Part shown: in pieces, positions 18,387-28,680 of the stretch
Position numbering within the stretch: the first letter of the stretch is position 1
How the letters are laid out: every line of letters begins with the position of its first letter
IMG/VR virus record: IMGVR_UViG_3300023184_000024
Location: 248,001 to 312,000 of that record
Reading direction: 5' to 3' (one strand)
DNA: 64,000 nt
Translations under genes and position numbers: made by a program
Notes under the pieces: generated by a model
The model's input: only the letters and a program-made list of their open reading frames with translations
What the model was told of the DNA's origin: nothing
Database searches by the model: none

Positions 18387-19952
18387 ATGTCTACAACTGA
18401 TATTTCGCTTATTAAAACCCCGTACAAGTCTGTCCTGTACAATGATCAACAACTTGAAGAATTTGCTCGATGTGCCGATGCAGTAGATGGTCCTATCTAC
18501 TTCATGGACAATTTCTTTTACATACAGCATCCTACACAAGGTCGAATGTTGTACCATCCGTTTGAATATCAACAGCGATTGATACACACATACCATAACT
18601 ATCGTTATTCGATTAGCTTGATGCCTCGACAAACAGGTAAGTCAACAAGTGCTGCCGGGTACTTGTTGTGGTATGCCATGTTTGTGCCAGATTCGACCAT
18701 TCTTGTGGCCGCACACAAGTATACTGGAGCACAAGAGATCATGCAACGTGTGCGTTATGCATATGAAAGTGTGCCTGATCATATCAGAGCTGGAGTCACA
18801 AGTTACAACAAAGGTAGCCTAGAGTTCGACAACGGAAGTCGTATTGTAAGTGCTACTACCACAGAAAATACCGGTCGTGGTATGAGTATATCACTGCTGT
18901 ACGCTGACGAGTTTGCATTTGTGCGCCCCACTATTGCCAGAGAATTCTGGACATCAATCAGTCCCACACTATCAACTGGTGGTAAAGCAATTATCACCAG
19001 TACACCCAACAGTGACGAAGATCAATTTGCCTTCCTATGGAAAGGTGCCAACAAGTGTGAAGATGAATACGGCAACCCCACAGAAGTGGGACAAAATGGA
19101 TTCAAAGCATACAGATCATTTTGGAACGAGCACCCTGACCGTGATGAGCGTTGGGCGCAGGAACAAAGAGCCGCGTTGGGAACTGATCGTTTCCGTCGAG
19201 AAATGGACTGCGAGTTCATCATCAATGATGAAACGTTGATAGCGCCAGCCAAGCTGATTGACCTACAGGGCGTAGATCCTTTGTACAAAACAGGTGAAGT
19301 ACGTTGGTATAAACGCCCAGAAAAAAACAAAATATATGTGGTGGGTCTGGATCCAAGTCTTGGCACAGGTGGCGACCCTGCCGCAATTCAAGTGTTTGAA
19401 GCAGACAGCACAGAGCAAATTGCTGAATGGCGGCACAATAGAACAGATATACCGACACAAATTAGGATACTTGCTGACATTATCAAACAGTTAAACGAAA
19501 CAGTCAACGACCCAAAAAGCATTTACTACAGTGTGGAAAATAACACCATTGGTGAAGCCGCATTGATCAGCATTGCTGAGTACGGTGAGCAAAATATACA
19601 AGGCTATTTTTTAAGTGATTCAAACAGTGGCAGCTCGGGACGTAGATTTAGAAAAGGGTTTAATACCACAAACAAGTCTAAATTATCTGCTTGTGCCAAG
19701 TTTAAACACTTGATCGAAAGCGGGCGTTTAAAAATCAAAAGTAGAAGTTTAATTTCAGAATTAAAGACGTTTGTTGCAATGGGAATCAGCTACGAAGCAA
19801 AAGCAGGCGAAACTGACGACCTTGTAATGTCCTCATTGTTGGTTGTGCGAATGATGCAAGTTTTACAAAGCTACCACAGCAATCTTGACGAACACATGCG
19901 AGATCATCAAGATACTATAATTGAACCATTGCCCTTTGTGATGACTATTTAA
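18387..19952 (+). CDS. terL: Terminase large subunit (gp17-like)
   Basis: PRQTGKST Walker A, YADEFAF Walker B, STPN, GLDPSLG nuclease motif, DDLVM; TAAATA at 18376. Confidence 0.95.
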   Translation: MSTTDISLIKTPYKSVLYNDQQLEEFARCADAVDGPIYFMDNFFYIQHPTQGRMLYHPFEYQQRLIHTYHNYRYSISLMPRQTGKSTSAAGYLLWYAMFVPDSTILVAAHKYTGAQEIMQRVRYAYESVPDHIRAGVTSYNKGSLEFDNGSRIVSATTTENTGRGMSISLLYADEFAFVRPTIAREFWTSISPTLSTGGKAIITSTPNSDEDQFAFLWKGANKCEDEYGNPTEVGQNGFKAYRSFWNEHPDRDERWAQEQRAALGTDRFRREMDCEFIINDETLIAPAKLIDLQGVDPLYKTGEVRWYKRPEKNKIYVVGLDPSLGTGGDPAAIQVFEADSTEQIAEWRHNRTDIPTQIRILADIIKQLNETVNDPKSIYYSVENNTIGEAALISIAEYGEQNIQGYFLSDSNSGSSGRRFRKGFNTTNKSKLSACAKFKHLIESGRLKIKSRSLISELKTFVAMGISYEAKAGETDDLVMSSLLVVRMMQVLQSYHSNLDEHMRDHQDTIIEPLPFVMTI

Positions 19953-19964
19953 TAAATACAAAAT

Positions 19965-22109
19965 ATGGAAAATACTGCCAACTCTGCCCTTTACAATTTG
20001 TTAATTACTCATGATTTTGACCCAGAAACCAAAGATGTTGCTGGGAACGATGTTGATGACCCAACAGAAGCAGAACTGTTTAGTTTTGATTGGGTCGGAC
20101 CATCGGGTAAAAACTACGGTACTGTGGTTATTTTATTAACACCTTCCAGAGAGCTCACACTATTCTCTGGGGACAACATTGGTAGAACCATGGAACCCGA
20201 AGATAAAACGGCCTGGTACGGTACTGGTAGAAAAAATCCAGGATTTCTGGGACAACTGAAGTCGTTTGCTGTGAGAAGCAATCTTGGCAAATTTGATATC
20301 CAGGATATTTCTCGACTCAAATATACCATGCAAGGCATGGCAGCCATCAAAGAAGGATTGTTTGAAGGCTACTATGGTAAAAAGAATATCAGCTACAGCG
20401 ATCAACCCAAACAAGTTCGTTTGATGATCAAACACAATCGCAACATTGAAGAAGGGGAAGCACGTTATCGTGCCATTGAAGGATTGTTTGTAGAAACAGC
20501 CGACGGTGAAAGATTTAAAGTACCTAGCCGTAGTCTAGCGCACGGTCGGATGTTGGCAAGGCATGTGGCCGAAGGCGGAAACCCCTATGATGCATTTGGC
20601 CAACACATCAACAACGTTGTTGTTGAATTGGCTACATTGGGCAGATTTATACGTGCTGCCAAACATAAAAAATTAAATGGGCCGGCAGCCGAAATGGCAG
20701 AAGATGCTGTGCGACACTACAGCGATTTAAAAGCAAAAGCCAAACACATGATCAGTCAACGAGGATATCACGAAGCCCGTGAAACGTTTGACCCAGCAGA
20801 AATAACCGAAACTGATGTTGCAGTAGAAAACATTCGAAATATGTTCATTGAACAGACCATTGATAATCGCATCGAAGAGGCATTACCAATACTAGCTAAA
20901 TTACAAGGACCCAAAATGAGAGAAGCAGAAGAATTTGAAAATTGGACAGATCGTGTCATGGAAGGCACTTGGGCATTGCCAGACACACCAGAGTCAGATG
21001 CCAAACTCAAAGAGCTAATGGCCAAACCATTGATAGTAGGCGCCGACGCCACAAACGCCACAGAACAACTGTACGACCTAATTGGCGACGACATCTTGTT
21101 TGACCGTTTAAACGATTTGGCTGACCAAGATCCCAATGCCAACTGTTGGGAAAACCCTGAAGTGATTAATCGCCTAGGCGAGCTTGGAATTGATATTAAC
21201 CCTACTGTAAACAGCATGGCACAAGATGCTGAACAAAATGACGCTGAAGAAGTAAATGAAGATGAAAATCATAACCCAGTGGCCGGTGCTATTACTCGTA
21301 GAATATTATCACAGCGACTAGACTTGGTAAAGAAATACGGCCCTTTGGCAATTACTCAAGCCATTGACGACGTTGCAGATTTTGTAGGTGATGTTGAAGA
21401 AATTGGATCAAGTGATGTCAGTGGCTGGGTTCGCCAAGTAGAACAATCATTGGGCGGTGTTGATGAAGGGTTTGGCGACACAGTTAAAAAAGTCGGCGGC
21501 GCTATTGCACACGGTGCCAGCAAAGCTTTTGACAAATTAGGCGGTGGCACCAACCAAGAGTTGCTGGATAAGCTACGCAAAGATGCAGGCTTGCCATCTT
21601 CAATGGCTGTGCCTAACAAAGACAAAGAAGAACAAGACATGGCCGAAGCCGGTTATGGCAGCACCAATCCTGATCTGATGAGCCCCGGCGATTATGACCG
21701 CTACCAACAAGACCAAATGGATGGCAGCAAGCGTGATTTCAAACGCCAAGAGCATGATGCCGAATGGGAACAAGAAAAAGCACACAGCCAAAAACTTGCA
21801 ACTCAAGCCGCCGGTCCTTGGTATGTACGTATCAACGGAAAAATTGTCAAAGATCAACAAGGCAATGCTTTTACATTTGACAGCAAAGACAAAGCTAACA
21901 AGGCAGCAATTACCATGCGAGCCAAACCTTTTAACAAAAATAAAGTATTCATGTTGTCTGTTAACCCCAACGACAAATCGGATGCACCAACTGAAGACCT
22001 AGACACTGATGGTGTTATGATGACACAACCTTCAAACATGAGCAGTGAGTCGGTTAATCGCGATTTGGCTAAATTAAAACAACTAATTGAACACATTACT
22101 ACTAAATAA
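19965..22109 (+). CDS. Large acidic putative internal head/core protein, 714 aa
   Basis: Many [ILVM]-x-E sites (IKEG, LFEG, MREA, VMEG, VNED, VDEG, MAEA); TAAATA at 19953. Confidence 0.6.
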   Translation: MENTANSALYNLLITHDFDPETKDVAGNDVDDPTEAELFSFDWVGPSGKNYGTVVILLTPSRELTLFSGDNIGRTMEPEDKTAWYGTGRKNPGFLGQLKSFAVRSNLGKFDIQDISRLKYTMQGMAAIKEGLFEGYYGKKNISYSDQPKQVRLMIKHNRNIEEGEARYRAIEGLFVETADGERFKVPSRSLAHGRMLARHVAEGGNPYDAFGQHINNVVVELATLGRFIRAAKHKKLNGPAAEMAEDAVRHYSDLKAKAKHMISQRGYHEARETFDPAEITETDVAVENIRNMFIEQTIDNRIEEALPILAKLQGPKMREAEEFENWTDRVMEGTWALPDTPESDAKLKELMAKPLIVGADATNATEQLYDLIGDDILFDRLNDLADQDPNANCWENPEVINRLGELGIDINPTVNSMAQDAEQNDAEEVNEDENHNPVAGAITRRILSQRLDLVKKYGPLAITQAIDDVADFVGDVEEIGSSDVSGWVRQVEQSLGGVDEGFGDTVKKVGGAIAHGASKAFDKLGGGTNQELLDKLRKDAGLPSSMAVPNKDKEEQDMAEAGYGSTNPDLMSPGDYDRYQQDQMDGSKRDFKRQEHDAEWEQEKAHSQKLATQAAGPWYVRINGKIVKDQQGNAFTFDSKDKANKAAITMRAKPFNKNKVFMLSVNPNDKSDAPTEDLDTDGVMMTQPSNMSSESVNRDLAKLKQLIEHITTK

Positions 22110-22141
22110 ACATTGACAGTAACAGGAAATGCGCATATACT
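22103..22141 (+). promoter_or_regulatory. Tandem late-type (TAAATA) and sigma70 promoters for ssb
   Basis: TAAATA 22103-22108; TTGACA 22113-22118, N17, TATACT 22136-22141. Confidence 0.75.
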
Positions 22142-22237
22142 ACACATGTGTATGCGTTTTCTAGATATTGTATAGGCATCATGCTGTTACAGGCATACAC
22201 AAAGGCTAAACTTAGGCATATTAAAGGAGAAATCATT

Positions 22238-23230
22238 ATGGCATCATTAGCAGAAATCCGCGCAAGACTTCAGTCCGCAGAGTCAGGCAAAAACGGAAAA
22301 ACAACAAGCGGCGACAACGCAATTTACCCCCACTGGAACATGGAAGAAGGACATTCGGCAACAATCCGATTCCTGCCCGACGGCAATTCAAAGAACACAT
22401 TTTTCTGGGCCGAACGAGCAATGATTAAATTGCCATTCAACGGAATCAAAGGTGAGATGGATGCAAAAAACGTACAGGTACAAGTTCCGTGCGTTGAAAT
22501 GTGGGGAGAACAATGCCCGATCCTGGCAGAAGTTCGTACATGGTTCAAAGACAAAAGTCTTGAAGACATGGGCCGTAAGTATTGGAAAAAACGCAGTTAT
22601 GTGTTCCAAGGTTTTGTTCGTGAAAATCCGTTGAGTGATGATAAGCCAACAGAGAATACAATTCGTAGATTTATCATTGGTCCACAAATCTTTACAACAA
22701 TCAAGGGTGCATTGATGGATCCTGAGTTGGAAGAATTGCCAACAGACTTATTGCGTGGCCTGGATTTCCGTATCACTAAAACCACCAAAGGCGGCTATGC
22801 TGACTACAGCACTAGTAAGTGGGCACGTAAAGAATCTGCATTAACTGAAGCAGAACAAGAAGTACTTACAAAATTTGGACTATTCGACTTGTCAGAATTT
22901 TTGCCAAAGAAGCCGACTGATGTTGAGCTACGTGTAATGAAAGAAATGTTTGAAGCGTCAGTTGATGGTCAGCCATATGATCCTGATCGTTGGGGAGCCT
23001 ACTTTCGTCCAAACGGACTGGCAATGCCCAGCACCGCTGAAGTCAAACGATCTGGAGTTGACCCAACAAGGGTAGATGTTCCTAGTGCTGTAGCAGACAG
23101 TGTAGAGACAACTTCTAATCCGTTTGACGATGACACATCTGTAGCAACAGCACCAGTTAAAGCACCAGCATCAAGTCAGAAGGCCGAAGACATTTTGGCC
23201 ATGATTAGATCAAGACAAAACAAGTCGTAA
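22238..23230 (+). CDS. gp32: Single-stranded DNA-binding protein (gp32-like)
   Basis: Start corrected to 22238 (AAAGGAG RBS; MASLAEIRARL). IRFLP, CPI, YWKKR motifs, acidic tail ending ILAMIRSRQ. Confidence 0.85.
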   Translation: MASLAEIRARLQSAESGKNGKTTSGDNAIYPHWNMEEGHSATIRFLPDGNSKNTFFWAERAMIKLPFNGIKGEMDAKNVQVQVPCVEMWGEQCPILAEVRTWFKDKSLEDMGRKYWKKRSYVFQGFVRENPLSDDKPTENTIRRFIIGPQIFTTIKGALMDPELEELPTDLLRGLDFRITKTTKGGYADYSTSKWARKESALTEAEQEVLTKFGLFDLSEFLPKKPTDVELRVMKEMFEASVDGQPYDPDRWGAYFRPNGLAMPSTAEVKRSGVDPTRVDVPSAVADSVETTSNPFDDDTSVATAPVKAPASSQKAEDILAMIRSRQNKS

Positions 23231-23239
23231 TTAACAAAA

Positions 23240-23268
23240 GCCCATAGTACTACACTATGGGTTTTTTT
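23240..23268 (+). terminator. Rho-independent terminator
   Basis: GCCCATAGT-actac-ACTATGGGT followed by a T-run. Confidence 0.85.
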
Positions 23269-23269
23269 C

Positions 23270-24217
23270 ATGAACTTAGGTTTTCCTTATCCCAAGATAA
23301 ATCTAGCCCAGACTTTGCCAGCAGAAGTCACTATCACTGATCATTTGACTGGGTTTGATTTACACTTTAATAATGCTGTTTTAGAAAACCTAAACTGGCA
23401 TGGAAAATCTACAGACTTGTGCCACACACTTGTTTACCATCAGAAACTCGATGATGAAGTGCATAAAAAATATCGCAGTTTAAATCTTGTATTTTCTCCG
23501 GAATTGCAAGATAACATGCACTTTCGGCATTTTCATGATTATCGTATACACCCAGAGTTAACTTTTAAAAATTTTTTATGTTCATTCAATGGCACTGTTC
23601 ACATATCAAGATATCTATTAGTGGCAATGTTGGATAAGTTTGGATTGTTTGACCCACAGTACTCAAGTAAAAATTTTAGTTTAACCAACAACGAACTCAA
23701 CGGGCATCTTAGTAACCTTGCTAATAATAATTTAACATATCTTGGAAAGTTTTTTTCTAACAATTCAGAATTTCTGGAAACAAAATACACATTTGGACAT
23801 ACTAGATTTGATCACAACAAAAACATTTACAACCTGGAATCTAAGTTAACAGATAGTTTTGTCAACATTGTATCTGAAACAATGGCAACTAGTTACGTGC
23901 CATTTATCACAGAAAAATTTTTATATAGCATTGTGACTCGTGGATTGTTTGTGGCCTATGCACAACCAAGATGGCACGAATATTTAGAAAATATCTGGGG
24001 CTTCCGTCCGTACAGAATTTTATTTGACTACAAGTTTGACAGCATAGCCGACCCAGTTGAAAGATTACTAGAGTTAATATCGATGGTATCAAAATACAAT
24101 ATTTTAAATGCCGACGATCTCAGAGACTTGTATCAGTTAGAGCACGAGACCATTGAGTACAATTATGATCACTACTTTAGTAAAAATTACATTAAGTCAG
24201 CACTAAAACATGTATAA
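23270..24217 (+). CDS. Glycosyltransferase-like protein with a GT10-type ...ET...F.TEK motif (paralogue 1 of 2)
   Basis: NIVSETMATSYVPFITEKFLYSI...GFRPY...DYKFD. Confidence 0.5.
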   Translation: MNLGFPYPKINLAQTLPAEVTITDHLTGFDLHFNNAVLENLNWHGKSTDLCHTLVYHQKLDDEVHKKYRSLNLVFSPELQDNMHFRHFHDYRIHPELTFKNFLCSFNGTVHISRYLLVAMLDKFGLFDPQYSSKNFSLTNNELNGHLSNLANNNLTYLGKFFSNNSEFLETKYTFGHTRFDHNKNIYNLESKLTDSFVNIVSETMATSYVPFITEKFLYSIVTRGLFVAYAQPRWHEYLENIWGFRPYRILFDYKFDSIADPVERLLELISMVSKYNILNADDLRDLYQLEHETIEYNYDHYFSKNYIKSALKHV

Positions 24218-25013
24218 CAAAGTCACAGTATCCGGTTGTAGTTTTACATACAATGCCACTTGGCCAGACTATTTGTTCAGTGGTAGCAAGATACGTAATT
24301 TAGCCCGCGCCGGAGCCGGCAATCGATTCATTGGACATAGTGTAATTTCTTCTGTGCTGGAAGACCGACCGGACTTTGTGTTTATACTCTGGAGTGGTGT
24401 GAATCGTTGTGACCTAGCAATAACTGACGGGAGCGTGGCCAAAGAACTTACCGGCCAAACTCAATACCACGGCCAAGTTGATTCAACTTGTTATCTTTTC
24501 AGTGGAGGTGACAAATACAACAGTAGTATTGTTAGGAATTATCAAAATATAAGAGATGACTCTTGGCCCGATGTTGGGTCGCTGGATGACTTTTTGTTAT
24601 TGCCAAAAAAATTGCAAGAAGAGTGTACTAACTCAAATTTGTTTTGGTGGAACAACTATGGCGCAGACAACGTAATGCACAATGCATTTATGTCTAATTA
24701 TATAGAAAACGGCAAATCGTTGGAAGATCAGACGTATCTAACTATTATGCAAACATTGGATTTTTTAGATAAACAAAAAATCCCCCACAAGTTTGGATTC
24801 ATATATAACCCATTCGATGCAGACAATCAAAAACATTTTGGTTGTCTTAGCCATAATAGCAAGTATCATGGTTGCATTGACTGGGGGAAGTATGTTACAA
24901 TTACACCATACGAGTTCGGGATAAAGTACAATTATCTAAGCAACGATCAGTACCACCTAACCAAAGATGGCATGGAACAATGGGCTGATAACATTCGTAA
25001 ATTTATTTTTTAA
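24210..25013 (+). CDS. SGNH/GDSL-like protein (paralogue 2 of 4)
   Basis: VSGCSFT, GAGN, LWSGVNRCD, DQYH. Confidence 0.55.
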   Translation: MYNKVTVSGCSFTYNATWPDYLFSGSKIRNLARAGAGNRFIGHSVISSVLEDRPDFVFILWSGVNRCDLAITDGSVAKELTGQTQYHGQVDSTCYLFSGGDKYNSSIVRNYQNIRDDSWPDVGSLDDFLLLPKKLQEECTNSNLFWWNNYGADNVMHNAFMSNYIENGKSLEDQTYLTIMQTLDFLDKQKIPHKFGFIYNPFDADNQKHFGCLSHNSKYHGCIDWGKYVTITPYEFGIKYNYLSNDQYHLTKDGMEQWADNIRKFIF

Positions 25014-25025
25014 AGGCAAAAAATT

Positions 25026-26081
25026 ATGGCAAAACCTTTTGACGTATCAAAATTCCGCAAGGAAATCACAAAAAGTATTGACGGACTGTCAATAGGATTC
25101 AATGACCCCACTGATTGGATTAGCACAGGCAACTATGCGCTAAACTATCTTATCTCTGGCGACTTTAACCGCGGTATTCCCTTAGGCAAGGTCACAGTGT
25201 TTGCCGGGGACTCGGGTGCAGGTAAATCGTATATTTGTTCGGGTAACATTGTTAAACACGCACAGGAGCAAGGTATCTTTGTGGTGTTGATCGACAGTGA
25301 GAACGCTTTAGATGAAGATTGGCTCAAAGCACTTGGTGTTGACACCGGACAAGATAAACTTCTTAAACTAAGCATGGCCATGATTGATGACGTTGCTAAA
25401 ACAATCTCAACATTCATGAGTGATTACAAAGCCTTGCCAGATGGCGAACGCCCCAAAGTGTTGTTTGTGATTGACAGCCTGGGCATGTTGTTAACACCCA
25501 CAGATGTAAACCAGTTTGAAGCTGGTGAGATGAAGGGCGACTTGGGCCGCAAGCCCAAGGCACTAACAGCACTTGTTCGTAATTGTGTCAACATGTTTGG
25601 CAGTTACAATGTAGGGTTGGTTTGTACCAACCACACATACGCAAGCCAGGACATGTTTGACCCAGATGACAAGATCAGCGGCGGTCAAGGCTTTATCTAT
25701 GCATCAAGTATTGTTGTTGCCATGAAGAAGATGAAGCTCAAAGAAGATGAAGACGGAAACAAAGTAAGCGAAGTTAATGGTATTCGTGCAGGCTGTAAGG
25801 TCATGAAAACTCGTTACGCAAAACCGTTTGAAGGTGTGCAAGTTAAGATTCCATACACAACAGGCATGAGTCCGTATTCGGGGCTAACTGATTTGATCGA
25901 GAAAAAAAGCCTACTCAAGAAAGAAGGCAACAGTCTTGTGTTTACAACCAGTGCAGGTGAAATTATCAAGAAGTTTCGCAAGGGTTGGGAACGCAACGAT
26001 GACTCATGTTTAGATATAGTAATGAAAGACTTTGCAAATCAGAAGGCAGAGGTAAGTACCTCAGAGGAGGACTCAGAATGA
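25026..26081 (+). CDS. uvsX: RecA-like recombinase (UvsX)
   Basis: AGDSGAGKS, LIDSENA, VIDSLG, TNHTY, ISGGQG. Confidence 0.92.
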   Translation: MAKPFDVSKFRKEITKSIDGLSIGFNDPTDWISTGNYALNYLISGDFNRGIPLGKVTVFAGDSGAGKSYICSGNIVKHAQEQGIFVVLIDSENALDEDWLKALGVDTGQDKLLKLSMAMIDDVAKTISTFMSDYKALPDGERPKVLFVIDSLGMLLTPTDVNQFEAGEMKGDLGRKPKALTALVRNCVNMFGSYNVGLVCTNHTYASQDMFDPDDKISGGQGFIYASSIVVAMKKMKLKEDEDGNKVSEVNGIRAGCKVMKTRYAKPFEGVQVKIPYTTGMSPYSGLTDLIEKKSLLKKEGNSLVFTTSAGEIIKKFRKGWERNDDSCLDIVMKDFANQKAEVSTSEEDSE

Positions 26082-26347
26082 GTGAAGTAGTAGCAAGTGA
26101 AATTTGGGGCGAACTCAAACGTTTTGTAAACACAGTTGATCGTGCAGAAGCCGCAGAGACTGTGGTACAGATCTTGATGGACAATGATTCAGACGTGGAA
26201 GATATTCGCAATGCGTTTAAAGGTGATTCTGATATCAAACGTGCGTTGACTGCATACCTCGACGATGACAAGAACTATGTAGAAGACGAAGATGTAGAAG
26301 AAGACGAAGATTTTGATGACTTCAACGACGAAAACTGGGAAGAGTAA
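26078..26347 (+). CDS. Small acidic hypothetical protein
   Basis: Start corrected to 26078 (GGAGG RBS, ATGA overlap); D/E-rich tail. Confidence 0.75.
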   Translation: MSEVVASEIWGELKRFVNTVDRAEAAETVVQILMDNDSDVEDIRNAFKGDSDIKRALTAYLDDDKNYVEDEDVEEDEDFDDFNDENWEE

Positions 26348-26799
26348 TGTGGTATAGTCGAGTAGTCAGTGACCTAAGTCTTCTTCCAGACTTTGTTGCT
26401 CACTACGAGAAAGAATTGACCACGGCTAAAAATGATTGTCGAATTGGCGGCGTTGTAGAAAAAAATATCACTGCATTGCCGGGCGTGACAGAACACCGGT
26501 TTAATCAATTGCAAGAGATTGAGGCAGTACTCAATTTTCTCAATATTCAGCTACGAAAAATTCGTCGTAGACATTTTCAAAAGTACCTGGAAGGGTACGC
26601 TAGAGCATTGACAAGCAGAGATGCCGAGAAATATGTTGACGGTGAGGATGAAGTTATTGATTTTGAAACTTTGATCAACGAAGTAGCACTGTTGCGTAAC
26701 AAATGGTTAGGTATCATGAAAGGCCTGGATACCAAGCAGTGGCAAATGGGGCATATTGTTCGTTTGCGCACAGCCGGTATGGAAGATATACAAGTTTAA
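26347..26799 (+). CDS. uvsY: Recombination mediator UvsY-like
   Basis: FQKYLEGYARALTSRDAEKYVDGE...KGLDTKQWQMGHIVRLRTAGM; follows uvsX. Confidence 0.8.
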   Translation: MWYSRVVSDLSLLPDFVAHYEKELTTAKNDCRIGGVVEKNITALPGVTEHRFNQLQEIEAVLNFLNIQLRKIRRRHFQKYLEGYARALTSRDAEKYVDGEDEVIDFETLINEVALLRNKWLGIMKGLDTKQWQMGHIVRLRTAGMEDIQV

Positions 26800-27294
26800 A
26801 TGTCCGATAACAACAGCAATCAAGCAAAGGGTCGTAACAGCATTGACGGCAAAGTTAACAACTCGTTGATCACGTTTATTAATCGAAACGTATCAGAGTA
26901 CCCTACAGAAGTAGGCGGCCCTAAGTTTGATCTAGTGCCTGTTGAAAAACAAAAAGATATCATGCTTAATGTGGCTCGTATGCACGGCCAGCAAGAGTAT
27001 AATCGTATCATGGAACTAGTGTCTGTGCTACAAAAACAGGCCGACAGCATAAAACGTAGACTTGAAATAACTGACATGGTACACCAGGCTGTTTATCAGT
27101 TTCAGACATACCACGGACAGATATATTGGTTAGTGTACGATTCGAGAAAAAATTTTACAAGATTGGTGTTAACAGGACCAACAGATTGGTGCACAGGTAA
27201 ACCCCAAGAATATGACTATATTTGTCGAGTAAAATGGTTGGGCGATTATACCTGGATTGAAGTCAATGATAAAGGAAATCCAATAAATGACTAA
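26800..27294 (+). CDS. Hypothetical protein (possibly DUF2452-like)
   Basis: Coiled segment followed by YQFQTYHGQIYWLVY; family call from memory only. Confidence 0.5.
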   Translation: MSDNNSNQAKGRNSIDGKVNNSLITFINRNVSEYPTEVGGPKFDLVPVEKQKDIMLNVARMHGQQEYNRIMELVSVLQKQADSIKRRLEITDMVHQAVYQFQTYHGQIYWLVYDSRKNFTRLVLTGPTDWCTGKPQEYDYICRVKWLGDYTWIEVNDKGNPIND

Positions 27295-28048
27295 TATACT
27301 TTTTTCCAATACAGAAAACAGTCACACGCATAGCTTAGAAACACTTGAAGCACTGTATGAGTTTGATGACTTTATGCAAAGCATTGTCAGCATGGTTGAC
27401 ATGGGATGTGGCTCGGGCCTCGATCTTGAATGGTGGGCAACACGCACTACCAGAGATGAAAATCCCGAGCCGTTAAACATTCAATGCACAGGAATAGATA
27501 TAAAAGATCGATTAGGCCTTCCTCGGGCATATGGAAATATTCGTTACCAAAAACAAGATTTTGAAGAAACGATTGTGGGAAGACAACGCTATGATTTAGT
27601 ATGGGCACACGATAGTTTTCAATATGTTGTTGATGTGTTTGGCACTCTAAAAAATTGGCACAAAGTCATGAACGAAAACGCCATGTTGGTAATCACTATT
27701 CCACAAACAACTAACCTAGTTGGAAATAAGCAGGTGTTTGATCAGCATGATGGATCTTATTATAATTGGACAATGCCCAGTTTAATACACGCTCTGGCAG
27801 TCTCGGGATTTGATTGTAGAGACGGGTTTTTTAAAAAAGAAGTGAACGATCCTTGGCTACATGCCATTGTTTATAAAGGCACTGTGGAGCCCTTGGATCC
27901 AAGAAAAACACGTTTGTATGACTTGGTAGATCTCAAAGTCTTGCCTGAGACTGCTGAAAAAAGTGTAGTAAAATATGGATTTCTACGGCAACAAGATTTG
28001 GTGTTGCCCTGGGTAGACCGCAGTCTCCGATGGATGGGGCAGGAATAA
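27287..28048 (+). CDS. Class I SAM-dependent methyltransferase
   Basis: VDMGCGSG, TGIDI, YDLVWAHDSFQY. Confidence 0.8.
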   Translation: MTNILFSNTENSHTHSLETLEALYEFDDFMQSIVSMVDMGCGSGLDLEWWATRTTRDENPEPLNIQCTGIDIKDRLGLPRAYGNIRYQKQDFEETIVGRQRYDLVWAHDSFQYVVDVFGTLKNWHKVMNENAMLVITIPQTTNLVGNKQVFDQHDGSYYNWTMPSLIHALAVSGFDCRDGFFKKEVNDPWLHAIVYKGTVEPLDPRKTRLYDLVDLKVLPETAEKSVVKYGFLRQQDLVLPWVDRSLRWMGQE

Positions 28049-28082
28049 TAAATATAATTCAACTCAAGTTGAATTATCTATA

Positions 28083-28652
28083 ATGAACAATGAAAATTAT
28101 CAACAAATTCAAACCATGCATGCCGATGGTATGTTTGACAACGGTGAAAAACAATTCAAGATAATACAACCGTTCATTGCTGAACACACCCCACCTAATA
28201 TTTTAATTTCAGGATGCGGCAACGGCGCATTAATATCTGCTATTAAACATACACATCCTGAAATTAAAGTGCACGGATATGAGCCTACAAATCCTAGATT
28301 TAATATACTGCCATTGGGGACATTTGATTCAGTGATATCAATAGATGCATTGGAATACATCAATCCTGATCACATTGAAGACACACTAGAAATAATCAGT
28401 GAAAAAATACAACGTCTTGGATTTTTTACCATTGCTTGTCATCCTTCTAGGAAGTCATTGCCCGATGGGCAAAATTTTCATTCAATAATCAAAGAACCGG
28501 ACTGGTGGCGCCACAAAATACTAAGACACATGGATGTAAGTATTGTCAACGAGTGTATCGAGGTTTTTGATAAACGAGATAAGTGGCCAGAAGTTTTTGG
28601 TAGCAAATATAGTGTTGTAGTTAGAAAAAATGAGCTAAAAAGTTATTATTAG
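28083..28652 (+). CDS. Methyltransferase-fold protein
   Basis: ISGCGNG, GYEP, FDSVISIDALEYI; TAAATA at 28049. Confidence 0.65.
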   Translation: MNNENYQQIQTMHADGMFDNGEKQFKIIQPFIAEHTPPNILISGCGNGALISAIKHTHPEIKVHGYEPTNPRFNILPLGTFDSVISIDALEYINPDHIEDTLEIISEKIQRLGFFTIACHPSRKSLPDGQNFHSIIKEPDWWRHKILRHMDVSIVNECIEVFDKRDKWPEVFGSKYSVVVRKNELKSYY

Positions 28653-28680
28653 ACCAATGTCTAATAATATTAAATAACTC

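Noticed and set aside
22148-22237. 30-aa N-terminal extension of SSB given by the ORF track
   Set aside because: A strong RBS precedes the ATG at 22238 and the sigma70 promoter would start transcription at about 22148, so this is more likely an untranslated leader.
27287-28652. Methyltransferases as DNA methylases of a restriction-modification system
   Set aside because: They lack DPPY/NPPY or PC motifs and sit inside a glycosyltransferase cluster, so small-molecule or glycan methylation is more likely.
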